The translations under genes and the position numbers were made by a program. From Hydrurus foetidus (taxonomy: Eukaryota): a DNA stretch of 64,000 nt. The stretch is from positions 124,001-188,000 of the forward strand of contig UYFQ01000004.1 in assembly GCA_900617105.1 (NCBI GenBank). The letters run 5' to 3'. This document shows positions 59,832 to 64,000 of this stretch, piece after piece (position 1 is the stretch's first letter; each line of letters starts with the position of its first letter). The notes beneath the pieces are model-generated. The model saw nothing but the letters and a program-made list of their open reading frames with translations. It was not told the DNA's origin and made no database searches.

Positions 59832-62800
59832 TTAACGGCGCTCCACCTTGGTCATGCGCGGCTCCAGCCAGGTGCCGTCCACGTTGAACTCCTGGGTCGC
59901 CGCATTGACCAGCGGCCCACGCAAAATCAGCTGGGCCAAAAAGGTGCTCAGCCCCACCACCGGATTGATGATGCTGGCGATCACCGAGGCGCTGCCCGCA
60001 TTGATCTCGGGCACCACCACCACGCGCAGGTTTTGCGTTTCCTTGGCAATGTCGGCCTGGCCGTCCATCAGCACGGCGGCGTTAACGCCCTTCATCTGCA
60101 GGTTGGTGGTGCGCGCAATGCCTTGCTCGATGGCGATGTCGCCGCGGAAGAAATCAAAGGCGAAGCCTTCGCTGAACACATCGCGAAAATCCAGCGCCAG
60201 CCGGCGTGGCAACGACTGCAGGCTCAGCACGCCCAGCAGCTTGGCAATGCCGGGGTCGGCCTTGAGGAACTGGCCGGTCTCCACATTCACATTGAATTTG
60301 CCCGCCATGCTGGGGTAGTCCACGGTGATGGGCGATCCCAGCCAGGCCACCTGGCCCTCCACCTTGCCCTTACCGCGGCGCACCACGCCGGTCACACCAA
60401 AGCGGTTCAGCAGCTCGCCGGCGTCGTTGATGTCGAGCTTGAAGTTCAGCACGGTGCGGCGGCGTTCGCGCGCACTGCGGGCGGTGCCGGGGGCGTTCAT
60501 ATTGGCCCAGTTGCCACTGGCGGTGAGGCTGGCCTCGGGGGTCTGGATGTTGAAACGGTTCAGGCGCCACTCGCGCGCGCCTGCAACACCAAGGTTCACC
60601 GCCTCAATGTCCACATGCCCCAGTTTCTTGCCACGCAGGTCGAAGTCTTCCACCTCGATATCCAGCGCCGGGATGGTGGTGGGCTGCTCGTCGAGCAGGG
60701 TTTCCACGTCCTGCGCCGTACTTTGCGCCACGGCCAGACGCGCCAGTCGGGCGTACAGGCGCCCGGCGTTGTTGCCCGTGGGCTGGCGATATTCCACATA
60801 GCCGCTGAGCTCGGTGGCGTCCACGTTGGCGCGCCAGACCAGGCCGTCGCGCCCGCCGCCCACCACCACATTGTTGAGCTTGCGACCCGACAGCCGCAGT
60901 TCGCGCGCACGCACCACCAACACGGTGGGCAGGTAAGCCATGAAGGCCGAGGCCCCCGACGATGCCGAAGCGACAGCGGAAGGACTCTCGCCCGTCGCGC
61001 GGTTCAGCACCTCGCTCCAGGCGTCCAGGTCCACCCCGGACACATTCAAGTTGGCCACCACGCCCTCATCAGGCAGGGGCGCGGACTCGTCCCCCGCCAG
61101 CCCCACACCAATGGCACCGCGCAACACGCGTGCGTCGGGGCCGGAAATGTCACGCTGGTAAATCACCGAGGCCAGGTTGCCCACGGTCAGCTGCAGTTGG
61201 TCCTGCAGGCGCGCCGTGGCGCCCGCGGCCTGCGGGCCGCGCAGCAAAGAGGTTTCCAGCCGCACGGGCAGGGTTGCTTCCGCTGTCTTGGCAAACGGCA
61301 CGGGCAGGCTAAGCGCCATGCCGGTCAGCGGGCTGCTGATTTGCAACTCGGGCACGCCGCTGCGCAGCCCCAACACGGCGGTGTACGAGGTGGACCCGCT
61401 GGCATAGCTGGCCAGCCCCGTGGCCAGCCCCAGCTCCTTGGCTTGGCGCAGGCCCTCGGCCGTGGCCGTTCCCTGCATGCGCAGTACCGGCGCGGCGTTC
61501 ACGCGCGCAGACCCCGGCACGGGCGTCGTGCTGTGCATATTCAACCCGCCCTCGATGCGCACATCACCGCCCAGCGCCCTGGCTTGTACTGCATTGACGG
61601 TAAAGCCCGATTCGGTGAACGCCAGCGTGCCGCGCACACGCGCCAGCCGCGGAGTGTCGGCGGTGATCTGCAGGTCGTTGCCCGCCAGCGTCACCTGGCC
61701 TTGCACCGTGGTGCGGTTCACATCGGTGAGCGGAATGCCCAGCTTGAGCCGGTAGTCCGCATTGCCAGTGGCGGAGGCCTTGGCCAGCACCCCGCCCAGC
61801 ATGCCGCCCAGCGGCGAGGTGTTCACAATGCCCAGCACCTCGGTCACGGGGCCGGTGGCCTCGGCGTTCACAGCCAGCGTGGCACCGTGGAACAGGTGGC
61901 TGATGGTGGCATCGGCCTTGTTGATGCGCAAACCCGCGCTACTGGCAAAGCCGCCCTTGGCGCCATTGACCTGCAGGGTTTCATGGTCAATCACCAGCTC
62001 GCCCGACAGCTGCGACAGCACCGGCCAGGGCGGGCTGTCTTTGGGCAGCAAAAACGCGGGGGCAAACGCAAAGCTTGCGTTCTGCACATTGCCGGAAATG
62101 CGGAAGTCGCCCTGCTTGGGATCGGTGAACGGGAACTTGGCCAGGTCGCCCTTGACCTTGAACTTCACACCGCTCGCCACGCCGCCCACGATGGCGGTTT
62201 GCAGGTAGGTGCGCACATCTTTTTCCACCACGCTGGGCAGGTAGCGATAAATCCGCGTGCCCACCACCTGGTTGGCGGTGCCTTGCAGGTCCAGCACGCC
62301 GGGGTAGCGGCTGTGTGCCTTGGCGCCGGCTGGGCCGGGGTCCGCGGTTTGCCATTTCAGCTGCACATCGGCCTGGCCATCGGCGTTGCTGAAATGCAGG
62401 TTGGGAATGCTCACCTTGAGGTCCTCGCCCTTGCGTGTCCACTCGACGGCGGCGCTCAGCTCGTCCACGGCAATGAGGGGCTCGTCCATCACGCCCAGCA
62501 GGTCCAGCACGCCCTTGTGCATAGCCAGGCTGGCTTTACCGCCCAACTGGTTCAGGTCAAAGTCCACATCCGCGCCCTGAAAGCCCTGGGTCTGCACGCC
62601 GTTCAACGTGCCCGCGTTGAGCGCCAGCCGCACCACGCGTCCCTTGGCCGCATAGACGCTGGCCTGCTCCGGCGTGCCGTGCCAGCTGGCCTGCAGACTT
62701 TCCACCAGACCCTGGGGGCTGTAATAGCCCATTTGCGTGCGCAAGGCTTCGTCCAGCGGCAGGCGCTTGGCAATCTCGCCCAGGGCCGCCAGGTCCAGCC

Positions 62801-63893
62801 GGTCGGCCGTAAATTCGCCACGCGCCGGGGTCTTGGCACCGGCATCCAACAGGGCCAGGCGCACATTGCCGCCAGGCCAGTGCAAGCCATCCTGCGTGTC
62901 AAAGGCCAGTGACTCGGTAAACACCTCCAGCCCCCCATCCAGGCGTCGCGCGCCCAGGCGACCCGCCATGCGGGTCAGGTTCAGGGGGCCCAGCTTGGGG
63001 TCCACCGTGGCCTCTACGTCGCGCAGCAGCACATCGGCCGTGGCGCCCAGAAAGCCACCACGCGCCACATCGGCCCACACGCGCAGGCTGCCCACGCCCT
63101 TGGCCAGGTCCACGCCCACATCGGCATAGGGGCGCAGGTGCGACACATCGATCTGCGGGAGGTTGGCAAACAGCTGCCCGGTCCAAACGCGCCAATCGCC
63201 CGCATTGCCCGACAACAGCGGCTGCTTGAAGCTACCCATGACGCTGAGCCGTTCGCCCCATTGCGGGGGCGGGTCGGCGTCCAGGCGCAGCGCGTGGGTA
63301 TACAGATGGTTGCGCAACACCACATCTACGTTAGTCAGCGCCAGCGGCGGGGCACCGCGCAACTCGTCGGTCCAGCGCACGGTACCGTTGCGCAGCGCTA
63401 CCTCGGTTTGCGAGAAGACCCAGTCGGCGGCGGTCGTGTCGCTGCTCGTCCCGGCGGGCAGTGGCAACCCGGCAATCCAGACCTGGCCGTCCGCGGCACG
63501 GCGGATATCCAGCACCGCGCCATCCACGTAGAGCTGCTCAAAGCCCCGGTTGAACAGAGAGCGCGGCGAGAGGGCCGCAGTCACGGAGGGAAGCTTGAGT
63601 GCCTCGCGCCCCTGCGGGTCCAGCAAGCGCACGTCGGTCAGTTCAACCGATGGAATAAGGCCATTGGATTTGGCTTCAATGGCGCCAATGCGCACCGTAA
63701 CCCCCAGCGCGGCGGATGCCCGTTCCTCCAGCCACGGGCGAAGTTCGCCAATTCGCGGCACAATCAGAAAATGCAATCCACCCCACACCAAGGCCACCGC
63801 AATCCATGCTGACGCCAGCAAGCGAAGCGCCCATTTCGCGCTTACCGCAAGCGCTTTGAGCCAAGGCGAAGGTACAGGTGTCAAATCATTCAT
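59832..63893 (-). CDS. yhdP: YhdP (AsmA-like) phospholipid transport family protein
   Basis: 1353 aa, N-terminal TM, LLGVLSLQSLPRRLALDFRDVFSEGFAFD, C-terminal VDGTW.EP; nitrilase neighbour. Confidence 0.92.
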   Translation of the reverse strand: MNDLTPVPSPWLKALAVSAKWALRLLASAWIAVALVWGGLHFLIVPRIGELRPWLEERASAALGVTVRIGAIEAKSNGLIPSVELTDVRLLDPQGREALKLPSVTAALSPRSLFNRGFEQLYVDGAVLDIRRAADGQVWIAGLPLPAGTSSDTTAADWVFSQTEVALRNGTVRWTDELRGAPPLALTNVDVVLRNHLYTHALRLDADPPPQWGERLSVMGSFKQPLLSGNAGDWRVWTGQLFANLPQIDVSHLRPYADVGVDLAKGVGSLRVWADVARGGFLGATADVLLRDVEATVDPKLGPLNLTRMAGRLGARRLDGGLEVFTESLAFDTQDGLHWPGGNVRLALLDAGAKTPARGEFTADRLDLAALGEIAKRLPLDEALRTQMGYYSPQGLVESLQASWHGTPEQASVYAAKGRVVRLALNAGTLNGVQTQGFQGADVDFDLNQLGGKASLAMHKGVLDLLGVMDEPLIAVDELSAAVEWTRKGEDLKVSIPNLHFSNADGQADVQLKWQTADPGPAGAKAHSRYPGVLDLQGTANQVVGTRIYRYLPSVVEKDVRTYLQTAIVGGVASGVKFKVKGDLAKFPFTDPKQGDFRISGNVQNASFAFAPAFLLPKDSPPWPVLSQLSGELVIDHETLQVNGAKGGFASSAGLRINKADATISHLFHGATLAVNAEATGPVTEVLGIVNTSPLGGMLGGVLAKASATGNADYRLKLGIPLTDVNRTTVQGQVTLAGNDLQITADTPRLARVRGTLAFTESGFTVNAVQARALGGDVRIEGGLNMHSTTPVPGSARVNAAPVLRMQGTATAEGLRQAKELGLATGLASYASGSTSYTAVLGLRSGVPELQISSPLTGMALSLPVPFAKTAEATLPVRLETSLLRGPQAAGATARLQDQLQLTVGNLASVIYQRDISGPDARVLRGAIGVGLAGDESAPLPDEGVVANLNVSGVDLDAWSEVLNRATGESPSAVASASSGASAFMAYLPTVLVVRARELRLSGRKLNNVVVGGGRDGLVWRANVDATELSGYVEYRQPTGNNAGRLYARLARLAVAQSTAQDVETLLDEQPTTIPALDIEVEDFDLRGKKLGHVDIEAVNLGVAGAREWRLNRFNIQTPEASLTASGNWANMNAPGTARSARERRRTVLNFKLDINDAGELLNRFGVTGVVRRGKGKVEGQVAWLGSPITVDYPSMAGKFNVNVETGQFLKADPGIAKLLGVLSLQSLPRRLALDFRDVFSEGFAFDFFRGDIAIEQGIARTTNLQMKGVNAAVLMDGQADIAKETQNLRVVVVPEINAGSASVIASIINPVVGLSTFLAQLILRGPLVNAATQEFNVDGTWLEPRMTKVERR

Positions 63894-64000
63894 CGTGCAT
63901 CGGGACTATGTCAGGAATTATGACCCGCATTGAGTCGTCAACCTGGGTGGAGGGCTCCCGCTTTGGCCAGCGCATTCGGCGCCGCTACGAAGCGCAACTG

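Overview
GC-rich betaproteobacterial chromosome, most like Comamonadaceae (Rhodoferax/Acidovorax-type gene order; this is inference). Bases 1-10.6 kb hold the tail/baseplate half of a type VI secretion locus on the minus strand (tssB-tssC-hcp-tssE-tssF-tssG-tssH-vgrG). A divergent block of unrecognised genes follows at 10.8-14.7 kb: a 599-aa protein with an internal duplication and glycine-rich hydrophobic segments, and an interrupted gene carrying an SG...HSxxE toxin-like motif. The rest is mostly housekeeping: tsaC, purK/E/C, cnoX, fba, pyk (two frameshifts), pgk, azlCD, fmt/def, LysM-dprA-smg, secDF-yajC, indolepyruvate oxidoreductase, an L-rhamnose operon opposite a CbbR-like LysR gene, cheV, mltA, a nitrilase and yhdP. 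Non-gene structure: (i) a gapless, degenerate 51-bp motif found 10 times, 7 of them inside protein-coding sequence and read in three different ways; (ii) a 105-bp duplication of the LysR 3' end with only synonymous differences, flanking a 1.4-kb insert; (iii) a collapsed relic of a sugar-binding/histidine-kinase gene. No rRNA, tRNA, CRISPR array or transposase was recognised. All calls come from reading the sequence by eye; no searches were run.
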